64,000 nt of DNA, taken from NCBI GenBank assembly GCA_040766525.1, contig JAXGQI010000009.1:808-64807 (forward strand), read 5' to 3'. Within the stretch, counting starts at the first letter, position 1. Every line of letters starts with the position of its first letter. Both the position numbers and the translations under genes were made by a program. The notes beneath the pieces were generated by a model that was given only the letters and a program-made list of their open reading frames with translations, was not told the origin of the DNA and did not search any database. Shown here one piece after another: positions 42,030 through 53,394 of the stretch. The DNA is from Clostridiales bacterium. Lineage in GTDB: Bacteria; Bacillota; Dehalobacteriia; UBA7702.

Positions 42030-42736
42030 ATGATGGAATTATCTTTTATGGAGATTATACTGATCATGCTTAGGAGAAAATGGCTGATTATTGGGTGTAG
42101 TTTGGGGTGCGCTTTGATCGCATTTCTGGTGTCGTCATTTTTGTTGACGCCGCAATATCAAGCGACTACCTCCTTATTTGTCAACAATGCCAATCGAACG
42201 GAAGATTCCGTTACCAGCATTGGCGATATCACCGCTTCTCAAGAATTGGTTGGCACCTATATTCAAATCTTATACAGTAATGCGGCATTAGAGGCAGTTA
42301 TTGAAAAGCAGGGTCTGGATTATACGGCTTCAGAAATCCGGAACATGGTTTCCATGGTAGCGAAAAACAATACGGAAGTATTGGAGATCAGCGTTAATTC
42401 CGATGATCCGGACGAGGCAATGGCTATTGCGAATACTTTATTGTCCGTAGCTCCGGATATTTTGACCCGGGTTGTGCGGTTCTGCATCGGTGGAAGTGAT
42501 CGATACGGCGTCCAGCGCGCAAAGAGTGGGGCCGAATATCGAATTGAATACGTTAATTTGTTTATTCCTTGAGTCTCTTCCTTTCTGTTTTTATTGCGTT
42601 TATTATCGAAGTTTTGGATAAACGGATTAAAAGAGAAGATGAATTGGCCTTGCGTTATCAATATCCGCTTTTAGCGGTGATTCCCGACAGCTTGGATTTG
42701 CAAAAGAAAGGGGGGTATTATCATGAAACGAAGTAA
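42030..42736 (+). pseudogene. Wzz/CapA/YwqC-type polysaccharide chain-length determinant, about 3 frameshifts in the 3' third
   Basis: N-terminal TM plus ..LLTPQYQATTSLFVNN... The C-terminal part (..EVIDTASSAQRVGPNIELNT.. / ..FIAFIIEVLDKRIKREDELALRYQYPLLAVIPD..) is readable only by switching frames. Confidence 0.7.
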
Positions 42737-43430
42737 GCTGATGAGGGAAGAGTTCTTGATTACCAATGATAATACGCCTTTTTCGGTGGTGGAATCCTAT
42801 AAAATCCTGCGTACGAATCTTTTATTTGCTTTGTCGACCAGTGAGAAGAAATTCATTGTAATGACGAGTGCACAGCCGATGGAAGGGAAGAGTACCGTTG
42901 CTATCAACCTCAGCCTTGCTTTGGCGGAAGCGGCATACAAGGTTTTATTGATCGACGGCGATTTGAGAAAGCCGGTGCTGCATAAGAGATTGAAAATAAA
43001 AAATTCGGTGGGGTTGAGCAATATCTTGGCCGGCTTTGCCGATGAAAAAGAAGCAGTTACCACATATACCGCCAATTTAGATGTACTGACATCCGGGGAG
43101 ATTCCGCCGAATCCTTCGGAACTTTTGAGTTCCTCGGCAATGGAAAAGTTGTTGCGGAGGATGGAACAGTCCTATGATTTTGTGATCATCGACTCGCCTC
43201 CTGCCATGGTCGTCGCCGATGCGACGGCGGTAGCGCTTGACTGCCGGTATTGTTTTGGTTTTGCGGGAAAGGTCGGCATTGCATCCGCATGTGGAAAAGT
43301 TTTGTCCCAGATGGAGTTTGCCGGTATTAAGATTTTGGGCATGGTCTTGAACGGGGCTGGAACGGGGAAAAAGAAATACGGTGGTTATAAGAAATACCGT
43401 TACTCGTATTATACCTATAAGCAAGATTAA
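42723..43430 (+). CDS. BY-kinase (CpsD/CapB/YwqD-type tyrosine autokinase)
   Basis: Walker A PMEGKST, Walker A' LLIDGDLRKP, Walker B VIIDSPP, and a Tyr-rich tail YGGYKKYRYSYYTYK. A short out-of-frame stretch (ALDCRYCFGF, versus the expected ..TAGIVLVLR..) suggests a compensated pair of indels. Confidence 0.85.
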   Translation: MKRSKLMREEFLITNDNTPFSVVESYKILRTNLLFALSTSEKKFIVMTSAQPMEGKSTVAINLSLALAEAAYKVLLIDGDLRKPVLHKRLKIKNSVGLSNILAGFADEKEAVTTYTANLDVLTSGEIPPNPSELLSSSAMEKLLRRMEQSYDFVIIDSPPAMVVADATAVALDCRYCFGFAGKVGIASACGKVLSQMEFAGIKILGMVLNGAGTGKKKYGGYKKYRYSYYTYKQD

Positions 43431-43472
43431 AAGGGGTGAATGATCAGGTTTTGAGGACCGGTACGATGATGC

Positions 43473-44189
43473 TTGATATTCAGCCATGTTCTGCCCGGGA
43501 TGGATGATGGGGCGAGAACGGCAGAGGAATCTATTAATATATTGGCACTTTTAGAGGCGCAGGGAGTCCAAGCCGTTATTGGGACGCCGCACTTTTATTC
43601 GCATGCGAATACGCCGGAACGGTTTTTGGAGAATCGCCAAAAAGCTTATATGAAGATCGTGAAGCAAAGAGAGGGGAACCGTATCCCCCAGGTTTATTTG
43701 GGTGCGGAAGTCCGATATTTTCGGGGGATTTCCAAAGCGAAGCACTTGGAAAAACTGACGCTTGGCGGCAGTCCATATCTTCTTATCGAGCCGCCTTTCT
43801 CGGCCTTTTCTTCCTATATGATCGATGAGATCCAGGATCTGGCCGTGAATCGAGAGCTATTTCCCATTATCGCCCATGTGGAGCGGTATTTCCGTTGGAA
43901 CCGTAAAGAGGCGGTAGCGGAGCTTTTTCACTATCAAAATGTGATGGGACAGGTGAACGCTGATTCTTTGGTGGGATTTCGTTCCAGAAGGCAACTGGCG
44001 CGGCTTGTTGAAGCCGGTTATTGTCATTTTATCGGCAGTGACGCTCATGATATGGAGAAAAGAAAACCGGATATGGAAAGAGCGTTGATCTTAATGGAGC
44101 AGTATTTCGGAGCAAACAGCATCGGTAAGATTGGGCAACACAATGCGGCGTTGTATTCGGCCATGGTTTTACCGGAGAAAACGGATTAA
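43473..44189 (+). CDS. PHP-family protein-tyrosine phosphatase (CpsB/YwqE)
   Basis: ..FSHVLPGMDDGA.. at the N-terminus (TTG start, or a frameshift after ATGATG at 43467), then GTPH, ..IAHVERY.. and GSDAHD. Confidence 0.8.
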   Translation: MIFSHVLPGMDDGARTAEESINILALLEAQGVQAVIGTPHFYSHANTPERFLENRQKAYMKIVKQREGNRIPQVYLGAEVRYFRGISKAKHLEKLTLGGSPYLLIEPPFSAFSSYMIDEIQDLAVNRELFPIIAHVERYFRWNRKEAVAELFHYQNVMGQVNADSLVGFRSRRQLARLVEAGYCHFIGSDAHDMEKRKPDMERALILMEQYFGANSIGKIGQHNAALYSAMVLPEKTD

Positions 44190-44221
44190 TTTTTGTTTAT
44201 TACTCACTTAGGGGGATATTT

Positions 44222-46080
44222 ATGAGAATTTATTCATTTGTTGCTAAAAACAAATATCCTGCCATCATTTTAATGGATATGTTTTTGGTTGGTCTTTTTT
44301 ATAGTTTGACCCTCAGTTATCTCAATATGGATACATTGTTTTATTCCAATAATACTTTTCAACTAGTTATTTTACTTGTCGTGATTTATTTCTGCTTTTT
44401 TACGGTCTCTCGTCTTTACCGCAGCCTTTGGCAATATGCGGAAATTCAGGAATTTGCCGTTTGCGGCGGCGTCTCGATGCTTGCGGGCTTAACATATTGC
44501 GTGATCCATTGGGCCTTTATTGGCACGGTTCCTTTTTCCCATAACTTATTGGCGGTGATGATCATTTCCATTGTTCTGGTGTCCTACAGATTTTTGTATC
44601 GGACTTATCGGCGCAGAATACTCCATCAAGCGGGCCATTCCGCGAAGGCCCATTGCAAGGTCACCGTTTTATTGGTCGGGGCGGGAAATGCCGGTGCGAT
44701 GCTGTTGGAAGAGATGCGGAAAAACCGCCAAAGCGGTGTAATTGTGATTGGTTTTGTTGATGATGATTTGCAGAAATATCGGAAAGCGGTCAACGGCATC
44801 CCGGTTTTGGGAACCATCAGGGATATCCCGGATATTTGTGAACAGATGAAAGTAGACGGCATTTATATTTGCATTCCTTCCGCGACTTTAGAGCAAAGAC
44901 AGCGGATTTTGGATTACTGCGCGAAAACCCCTTGCCCTACCAAGATTTTGCCCGAATTCTTTTCCGGTATGATACGGCCGATCAATATGCAAGAAAGTTT
45001 GCGGGATATTTCGATCAATGATTTATTGAATCGTGAAGTCAATATGAATCTTAATAAGGAGATCTTAGGCTATATCCAAGACAAGACGGTTTTGGTTACG
45101 GGTGGCGGCGGTTCCATTGGTTCTGAGCTTTGCCGCCAGATTGCCAGCGGTAGTCCGAAGAAATTAATTATTGTTGATATTTATGAAAATAATGCTTACG
45201 ATATCCAGCAGGAACTGCTGTTGGAATATCGGGACCGTTTATCTATGGTTGTAGAGATCGCTTCCGTGCGGGACAATGTAAAGATGGAGGAGATTTTTAG
45301 CCGTTACCTGCCGAATCTTGCTTTTCATGCGGCAGCACATGCGTTATGCAACGCCCTTCTGATGGAACACAGCCCTGATGAAGCGGTGAAGAACAATGTT
45401 TTTTGGCACCTATCATGCGGCCAATTTGGCGGAAAAAGCATAAGGTCGACCGTTTCGCTCCTGATTTCTACTGATAAGGCGGTATCCCAGTAGTTTTATG
45501 GGGGCGACAAAGCGGCTATGTGAAAAGATCGTACAAAGTAAAATCAACGGCTCGACGGAGTTTGTAGCGGTTCGTTTTGGTAATGTTTTGGGTTCCAACG
45601 GCTCCGTGGTACCCTTATTCAAAAAACAGATTGAGGCCGGCGGTCCGGTGACGGTGACCCATAAGGATATTGAGCGCTTCTTCATGACGATTCCCGAAGC
45701 AGTTAGTCTTGTATTGCATGCCGGCAGTATGGCAAAGGGCGGCGAGATTTTTGTTCTCAATATGGGGGATCCCGTTAAGATCTTAAGTCTTGCGGAAAAT
45801 ATGATCAAAATGATGGGTTACCATCCGTATCAGGATACATGATATTGCATCAAGCGGCCTTCGTCCCGGAGAAAAATTATATGAAGAGCTTCTTTTAGAT
45901 GAAGAAGGGATCGTTGAAACGCGTCATCAACGTATTTTATGCGGTAAGCAGATCAATGTATCGAGAGAAGAGATCGATACCTGTATGTTAAAGCTCAATA
46001 ACGCCCTGGCATGTAAGGATATGAACGCATTGTATCGGATTATGAGGGAGGCTATCCCCAGTTTCTGGAAAGGATTTTGA
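44222..46080 (+). pseudogene. membrane-bound CapD/EpsC-type UDP-sugar 4,6-dehydratase, at least 3 frameshifts
   Basis: Four N-terminal TM segments, Rossmann motifs LLVGAGNAG and LVTGGGGSIGSEL. The catalytic region is broken (..LISTDKAV / [12 protein letters not shown]..). The tail (..GLRPGEKLYEELLLDEEG..) is in yet another frame. Confidence 0.75.
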
Positions 46081-46200
46081 AGATCGAAGAGGAAACGGAG
46101 GAAGACCTGGCTGTTGGATTCGACACGCATTTATCGGTGATGTAAGCTGCTGAGAGAGTTTGACGCGGAGCACATCAAAGAATTCTTGATTGTTTTCAAC

Positions 46201-46255
46201 AAAACCGCAGAGTGCACATGGATCATTTTTACATGTTGCGTTCTGCGGTTTTTTG
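46201..46255 (+). terminator. long composite hairpin (family member R3)
   Basis: AAAACCGCAGA ... CACATG..TACATG ... TCTGCGGTTTTTT. Confidence 0.5.
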
Positions 46256-46339
46256 TGCCGTGTTTTTGAAAAGAAAGCCCCGTCATCAGACGAGCCGACG
46301 GGGAGAAACAACCATGACGGCAGATTTTGTCATGAAAAG

Positions 46340-46850
46340 AGGAGGAGATCACTTGGGAGTGAAATCCGCTGAAGGCGAAGTTATTACTGTCTAATGGATC
46401 TTGCACATGACGAAGACTTTCCCGTAAATCTTTGAAGTGTACGATTTCGCGTTCCCGCAGGAATTTGATGGCCCGATCACATCGGATCGTCGGGCTGAAA
46501 TTTAAGATATAATATTGTCATAGGTATTCTGGCTTTCTGCCGCTTCGCCATTGATTCCGTCAACCGGCATACCCGCCTTTACCGCAAGATAGGCGGAAGA
46601 GAAGGACGCCGGCTGCAGAGGACGGATAAATCCCTGTTGCATGATCGACAAAGTAACTGTCGAAGCCGCTGGCCTTGATTTTCCAGAAAGTTCCTGGTTA
46701 ATTGATAAACGATGGAAGCGATCATTTCCATATGTGCCAGCTCTTCGCGCCGGCGCTGGCGGGGATCGCGGGGGAAAGTGAATTTCTGGCATTTGGGGGC
46801 GGATTGAAAGCGTGAAGCTTGCCTTCTGGCCGCTCCACCGGCCGTTTTTG
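46340..46850 (-). pseudogene. manganese catalase / CotJC remnant (internal deletion plus frameshifts)
   Basis: The minus strand reads ..ELAHMEMIASIVYQLTRN.. and ..DRAIKFLREREIVHFKDLRESLRHVQDPLDSNNF.. in different frames (compare B. subtilis CotJC AHLEMIATMVYKLTKD / LRFLREREIVH). A minus-strand terminator lies at 46268-46303. Confidence 0.6.
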
Positions 46851-46865
46851 CAGATGCATCTTTCT

Positions 46866-48317
46866 TTATACTCTCTTTAATAGATCGTTTTTTGCTTTTG
46901 CCTGTTGCAAATTAGGATAAGTGCTGAGCAGGATGGTTTCCTTTTGGGGTGGCGTTTTTTCGTTTGGTGATGGTCGTTTTTTCCTCTTCGATTTCCTCTT
47001 GCAAAGATTTGAGGCGTTCTTCTTTTCCTCAATCCGGTCGCTGAGGTCTTTCGGCCGTTTTAGGAAGGTATCCGCATCGTAAAATTCCCCCGTTCCAAAA
47101 AGTCGAAGAGCCCATTTTTTCTGTTCTTCCAGCATTTTGCTTTCCTTTGCAATATTCTATGGCAGTTTCTTTGGTTTGTTTGACAATGGCGTCGTTTTGG
47201 TAATGGCGGTTGTTCAAAGGATGCTTGATATTCCCCCAACCATGCAGCCAAGCTTCTTGTTCGCTGTTCCACCAATTCCAGATTGGCACTGACGGTTTCG
47301 GCAGCGGGCAGGGCATGTGAGTGTGCTTTTGCTTTTGCCGGGTTTGCGGATCATCTTATAGCCGCATTCCCGTAGATTACAAGCCCGGGCCAAAGGATCT
47401 TTGATCGTGTATTCTCGGCTGACGGGCTGAAGGGACGGCGGAGCGGATTTTGGGCCAAGAGGTTTTCTGGATGATCGCCCCATGGCGCCCCAGGAGATAT
47501 TCTTTAGAGCGGGGGCGCGTAATCTTCACCTTTGCCCTGGCGCATTCGCTTTTTGACCGATCGCCAATCCCAGCGTAATTCGCCGATGTAGATCGGGTTT
47601 GACAGCATATCATAGATACTGGCGGCAGACCAATGGTTGCCCCGTGGCGGAGGGATGTCACCATTCGATCCAGTTTTTGCGCGATTAGGGCGCCCGTCGC
47701 CGATAGCTACCGTCGGGTCAGATCCCCAATGGTAGAGGCGAAAGATCAATTGTAAGATAGTGCGGCTCTTCCGGGGAGGAGCGTATACTCTTCTCCTGGG
47801 GGAGTTTTTGCCTTCGATGTCGCAAGGCGGACGGTTGGCCACATATTTTCCTTCTTTAATGGAGGCGCGGCGGCCTTGCTGCAAGCGGCGGTTGATCGTT
47901 TTAAATTCCTCGGCGCGGATATGAAGAGGCCAAATTCCAAAGTATTCCCCATCAAATTCATCAGTAGGGTCATATGTTTTTTACGGTGATGATTTTGCTT
48001 TTGGAATATTTGAAGGTTTGCGCCATGATGCCTTGGTCAACGGTAGACGCCCCAGCGAGACGCTCATACCTCTACGACCAAACGCCGTTCCAGATTCCGT
48101 TTTCTACTTCCGCGAGCTTGCGGCTAACCGGTCGGGCGGCGATGGTCTCTCCGGAGACGATCTCCTTGCATTTTTGACTGGGAGATTTTGTCTTTGTGAC
48201 AATTTAAAAGGATTTTTTCATGGCGAATCAGCGCTTCTCCTGCCGCGGCTTCAGCTTCGGCATCGGCTCTTCTTGATTTCTGCAGATAGGCGGCATTACG
48301 GGTGTTTCGTCGTTCAT
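46866..48317 (-). pseudogene. large serine recombinase remnant (many frameshifts)
   Basis: Fragments on the minus strand: the resolvase domain (..AAYLQKSRRADAEAEAA..GEALIRHEKILL.., IVSGETIAARP, ERLARGDTVDQGIMAQTFKYSKSKIIT..TYDPTDEFDGEY); the recombinase domain (..INRRLQQGRRASIKEGKYVANRPP.., ..HWSAASIYDMLSNPIYIGELRW..); and a coiled-coil tail. Confidence 0.7.
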
Positions 48318-48869
48318 TTCGGGTCGCTTCCCCAAAAAATTCGATAGTTTTTTATATGATTAGCTGCCGGATTTATCCGTCAGTTAAAATTGCCAGCAAT
48401 TGCAAAGAGTGTTGAAATCGGCATAGCATAAACGGAAATGCACAGGCATCACAGTGAGCGCAACGGCGGTAAAAGGAGGAGTCTATGCTGTTGAGAGACA
48501 ATAAAGATCGGCAATACGATGATTCATATTGACGACCGTTATTGCAGACAAAGCAAAGAAGAGATCGCTGATCCTACGACGGGTGGGCAAAATCCCCTGC
48601 CGATGATTTTGCCGCACTTTAAAGGAGCAAAGCAAAGGAAGCGGCAAAGAAAGCGCAAAGGGAAAGCAACAACCGATAGAGAGACCGGTTTGCGCCCCAA
48701 TGATAGATCATTGAAGGGGCTCGAGGTTCAGACAAGCCGATAAGGGTCAGTCTGCAAAGTCTCGACCGCTTTCGTATGCCATTCATATACGCTACATGTC
48801 CAGGGCCTTTGTTTTTCCCAGCTTCAGGCTTGCCTTGTGTCTTCCATCTTGCCGACCTTGTCGGATAAT

Positions 48870-48910
48870 GGGCCCCCAATGATGACTTCATTGGGGGCCC
48901 GTTTATTTTG
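48870..48910 (+). terminator. GC-rich hairpin followed by a T-rich tract
   Basis: GGGCCCCCAATGA / TCATTGGGGGCCC, followed by GTTTATTTT. Confidence 0.4.
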
Positions 48911-48936
48911 GTTTTATTTGATTTTGTAGTGCGGTA

Positions 48937-51900
48937 TTAGTCGACGATATTTTCCACAACCGCATGATAACGGCGGCAGCTTCCGTCATTGCATTGTCGC
49001 CAGGAACGACTGCACAGTCCGTCCGAAGATGAGATCAGCCCGCATGCCCATTCATTGCCGGAAGCGCCCGCGTAACTTATCCGCATCGGTAAAGGAGGAG
49101 AGGTCATCGGCGGTTGTAATATCGAAATATTCTTTCTCATCCGCATAGCGGTACAAGATGACGGCCATTTGCCTTCGTGTAACCGGATCGTACGGTCCGA
49201 AGGTATCGGCGCTTTTTTCCGTTAATGATGCCGCTTTCCGATGCCCAAATCACCGCATCGCTACCATTTCCATCCGCTATCGGTAAAGGTATTGGTTCCG
49301 GATGCCGGGGCGGGCGATCCTTCCAGACGGTAAAGTACCGTAACAACATGGTTCAAGCCATAACGAGTTGTCTTTTAAAGGTTGTTGCAGACGTCCTCGG
49401 AACAACCGCAGGCCATATAATCGATCGTGGCGGCGTACCATTTGGAATCGTCCACATCCTCAACCCCTGTTTTGCGAAGCATCAACAAAGGAGGCTTCAA
49501 TCGGCGGTTTCCTCTGATAAAAGAGAAGGTATACCGTCACGCGCCAATGCTCACACCGTCAACAAGAACATCGTCTACACCGTAACCCACATCCGGCGTG
49601 ATTGTGAAGGAATCTCGCCATATTTTTCTTACCTCGACATCACCGGAGGGTGGCGAGATGCTTCCGCCCGCATTGGCGGCGGCGGTGATCGCATAATAGG
49701 CTTTGGCGGAAATAACATGGTCGTCGTCCTGCAGGCAACCGTGTTTTCACTGCCATTTTAATTTCATAGGTGACGGTTAAGTAATAAAGCGTCGGTCAAT
49801 GTGGTATCGATGGGCAGATTTCGGTTTCTTATCCGCCAGGGATACGGTGAGGTTGTCGCTGTTAAAGACGAAACCGGATCATCGGAATCCGCACTGACCT
49901 GTATAGCTTCACGGGAACGCTGCCGGCATCCTGATCAGCTCCTACGGTAGCAGATACATCGACGGCAATGATTTACTGTTGCATTGGAAGCGATCGTTGC
50001 GTTGCGATTGCCGATCAATTCCGTACTGGTATAGGCAACATCATCAACCGTTGCCATCACGCCGTCTACCGGCAACATGCAACCAAAGTCCCCATCGGCA
50101 TTCGTCCGGGCAGTGAAGGACATTGATATTCGCCCTCGGTTGTAAATATCAGCGCGTATTGGACGGCAGACCTGCAGTTCGGTACGCGGCATAGTCCACA
50201 TCTGTGTCATCGGTATAATAGGGGGATACCGGTAGTTCGCATTGAGAACAACCGCATTCAGGAAATGATTCTCACCTGATCTTTCCTGGGCGTCAATATG
50301 CGCCGGTAAATACCAAGATGGCATTCGGCTGCATGGCGGGCATTGTTATTGGTCATGGCGTCCCCGTCAATTGTCAGTACTGCATTGTTGTCGATTGCCG
50401 TCAATATAATCATCGTTTTTATTGATTGTGAGATCGCCGGAAATGGTGAAGCATAGAATTGCCGAATGCTTCGGCAATATAATTGACTGCGGCTCCTTCC
50501 TTAACGGGCAATTTCTGCTTTTCTGCATGCGCAAAGGCCAAAGCAGGCCGGAAATCGTATTTGTTGTGAAACGGCTGTTATCATATACCCAAACCGCTAC
50601 ATTATCCTGGTAACGCGGATCTTCCAGCATGTGCGTCGTACAAATATCAAGTGGGTTGCCACAGATATTCATACGCCGCAACAATTATCATAAATGGTTA
50701 AGGTATTTGCGCCGACGATACTGATAGAAATGTCTAATTCGTCATAGATCCAAATCGTATTGATCGCGTATTTTAAATTCGATATAGATATCATCACTTT
50801 CGGCTTCGGCATACACGCCTCGGGCAATCAGATAATCCACGTCTTCATCTGCGCCATATACAAGTTGACGCCGTCGCCAAAGGCTCTGCTGATAACCTTC
50901 GCGCCATTGGTAAGAGTGAGTTGATCAATATAAAGCCTTCCTGACTTAACACATAAATCGTTTACTTTATAGGTTCCGGAGATAGGTTCTTCGCAGGAAT
51001 CGACAGCATTGCTCCAATCGATCATACCGATGATGATGTGCTTTCATCGTAATTTCCGCGTACATAATAGCCGCCATAGACCCAGAAATCCCCGGGCTTT
51101 TCCAGGGTTGCATTGCCGCCAAGGGTTTCGTATCATCCACCACAGAAAGTCCAGGGTCTTTTCGGTTATGGTGGTGGTGTCGTTGACAGTAAGACCGGTG
51201 ATTTTCAAGTACTGCGCCGCCGACCATGTAAATTTCAGCCCGACATAAACGGTATACGTGCCGTCTTCATTTGCAGGAGCCGCCTCCAGACAGGAGAGGC
51301 GCCGAGACGCAATGCTGCGCTGCTGCTTTCGATCCGATGCGCCTCTGTGGGAGGCGAAAATATTGTCGGTTGTAGTCAATCCCCAACCAGCAGCGGAAGT
51401 GAAATCGGCCTGTCCAAAAGCGGTATCCATTGCAGCCAGCGCTTCGGCAGCGCGGCAGCTTCGCTGAAGCGCGTATCCGTTCCGGTTATGCTCGCGTCGG
51501 CATTGGCATAGTTATCGGTTGCGTTAATCGTATCAATAGTAAGCACAGAGGCTATTAGCATAATTTCTGAACCGTCGTCAGGCTGTTACCGGGTACGCAT
51601 AGCGACATTATTGGTTAGATCCACATCTCTTCATCGATATAGCCGACGATTCGCAGCGCAGCGCGCGAAAATCGCCCGTCTCTGCGGATACTTTGTGTTA
51701 TGCTGCGCAATTTGCAATTGCGCCGGAATCATAGATATCAATTTCGGCCCAAAATACCACCGGCAGTGATATCATAATCGTCGGAGATCGCAGATACGTT
51801 ATATTCACAATTTTCAATCAGCACACCTCTCCGCCCAGGATGCCGCCGACAGATAAGCCCCGTTAATGTTCAGGAGATTGCAAGTGACCTGCAGTTGCGA

Positions 51901-53394
51901 ATTATGGTGGTATAATATTCATCATAAATTTCACCGAGTATGCTCGCCGACATAGCATCCATCGTTATGGAAGTTATGCTGCCTCCGGATACAATGCAGT
52001 TTGTAATCGTAGGATTGTAATAGGCATAACCTGCGATGCCGCCGATCGCGTAATAGCCTTCAATGGTATTGTCGGTAACCGTGCAATATCCAACCGTATT
52101 GTAATCATCCATATAACCTGTAATACCACCAGTATCGCTCCCACCGGAAATCGTCGAGTTGGTAACGGTACAGGAGACGACGGTTGTAATCAACGACTTC
52201 GCCACTGAGGCCACCGGCATGATAGATGCTGCTTATTGATGAATTGGCAACGGTGCAATGACTGATGGCACCATAATCTTCCAGGTAACCGGTGATGCCG
52301 CCGGGTACAGTAACGCCACAATGATTGTATTACTGTTCATCAATAAAGATTCAGCGCTGCTACCATAGCCTTCATGTTACCGTATTCGCCAGAATGCCAG
52401 TCAGTAGTAATAAATACAGTTCAATAACGGTTATTATCTTCCCCATAAGCGGCGGTCGCGTATGGTTGCCCGGAAAGCGGCACGCAGCTGGAGATGACGA
52501 CGACAGCCCGCGATAGCGCCGAAAGTCCGGCAATCATCTGCTGTCTGCTGATTGGAGATCGCTTTTCCGTTGCCGCCAAAGGTGCCGGAGAAAGGATAAC
52601 TGTAATACCCGATCGACTGTAATTGGTACTTGCCGCGGTACGCTTTGCGTTACCATGAGCGTGCGTCCCCTCTGAAATCGTCCCCCGCGTCAACCAGGTG
52701 GTCACGCAGATTAAATCCTTTCACTGCGGACGGTGTTAGGCTTGCTTCCGTACCGGTGCCGGAGAAGCCGTCAATATAGCTTGCCGTTAACCGGCATTTT
52801 CAGTTACGGAAAGTTATAGGATTATCGGAGCTGACGATGATTTCGTCTGTGTTTTTCCAGCCGAGCAGTATTGCCCTTCAACAAACGGCAGCGTTGCGGA
52901 GGTGCCGGCATCCACTGTAACGGAAGTCGTTGCCTCATTAATACCGATATAGCCGCCGGTCACGTTGACGGTATACCGAGCTGTGTCGCAAAGGCTTTCC
53001 ATTCCCTCTATAGGTGTATTCTTCTCGTGGCTGTGTTATATGCATAGGCACGGAAGAGATAGTTCGTTGGATTGTTTAAATCACTGACATCGGTCTTTCC
53101 GTCGATTGCATCGATATTAACGAGGGTTCCGAGTTCGCTTTTAAGTTCAAAACCTTCGTGTAGCCGGAATCAAAATCGCTGCCCCACATGCCTCTTCTTC
53201 TCAATGTGACGGTGAACCTCATATTGAGGGGACCGTGTTGCGACTACATTGGGTTCAATGCCGCCATCATACTGAACACTGCCATCCAACAGAGGCTACC
53301 ATGATAGGTATTGTCATAATACCATTGTTGTACGGCGTATTCTTGATTCCTGTCGCCGGTAGCGGATGTGAATCCGATATAATAATCACTGTAA
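48937..53394 (-). pseudogene. 5'-truncated, multiply frameshifted giant surface protein (L-type-lectin-like, beta-helix/GLUG repeats, Ig-like, C-terminal SLH-type anchor)
   Basis: Only 60-130 aa ORF fragments remain on the minus strand. These include ..YIGFTSATGDRNQEY.. (lectin-like, at the 53.39 kb edge), GLUG-type repeats (GGITGY.., IGGIAGYAYYN..) at 51870-52220, and a C-terminal region reading ..DAVIWASESGIINGK..TRRQMAVILYRY.. and ..FTDADK....RFVENIVD by frame-hopping. Confidence 0.55.
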
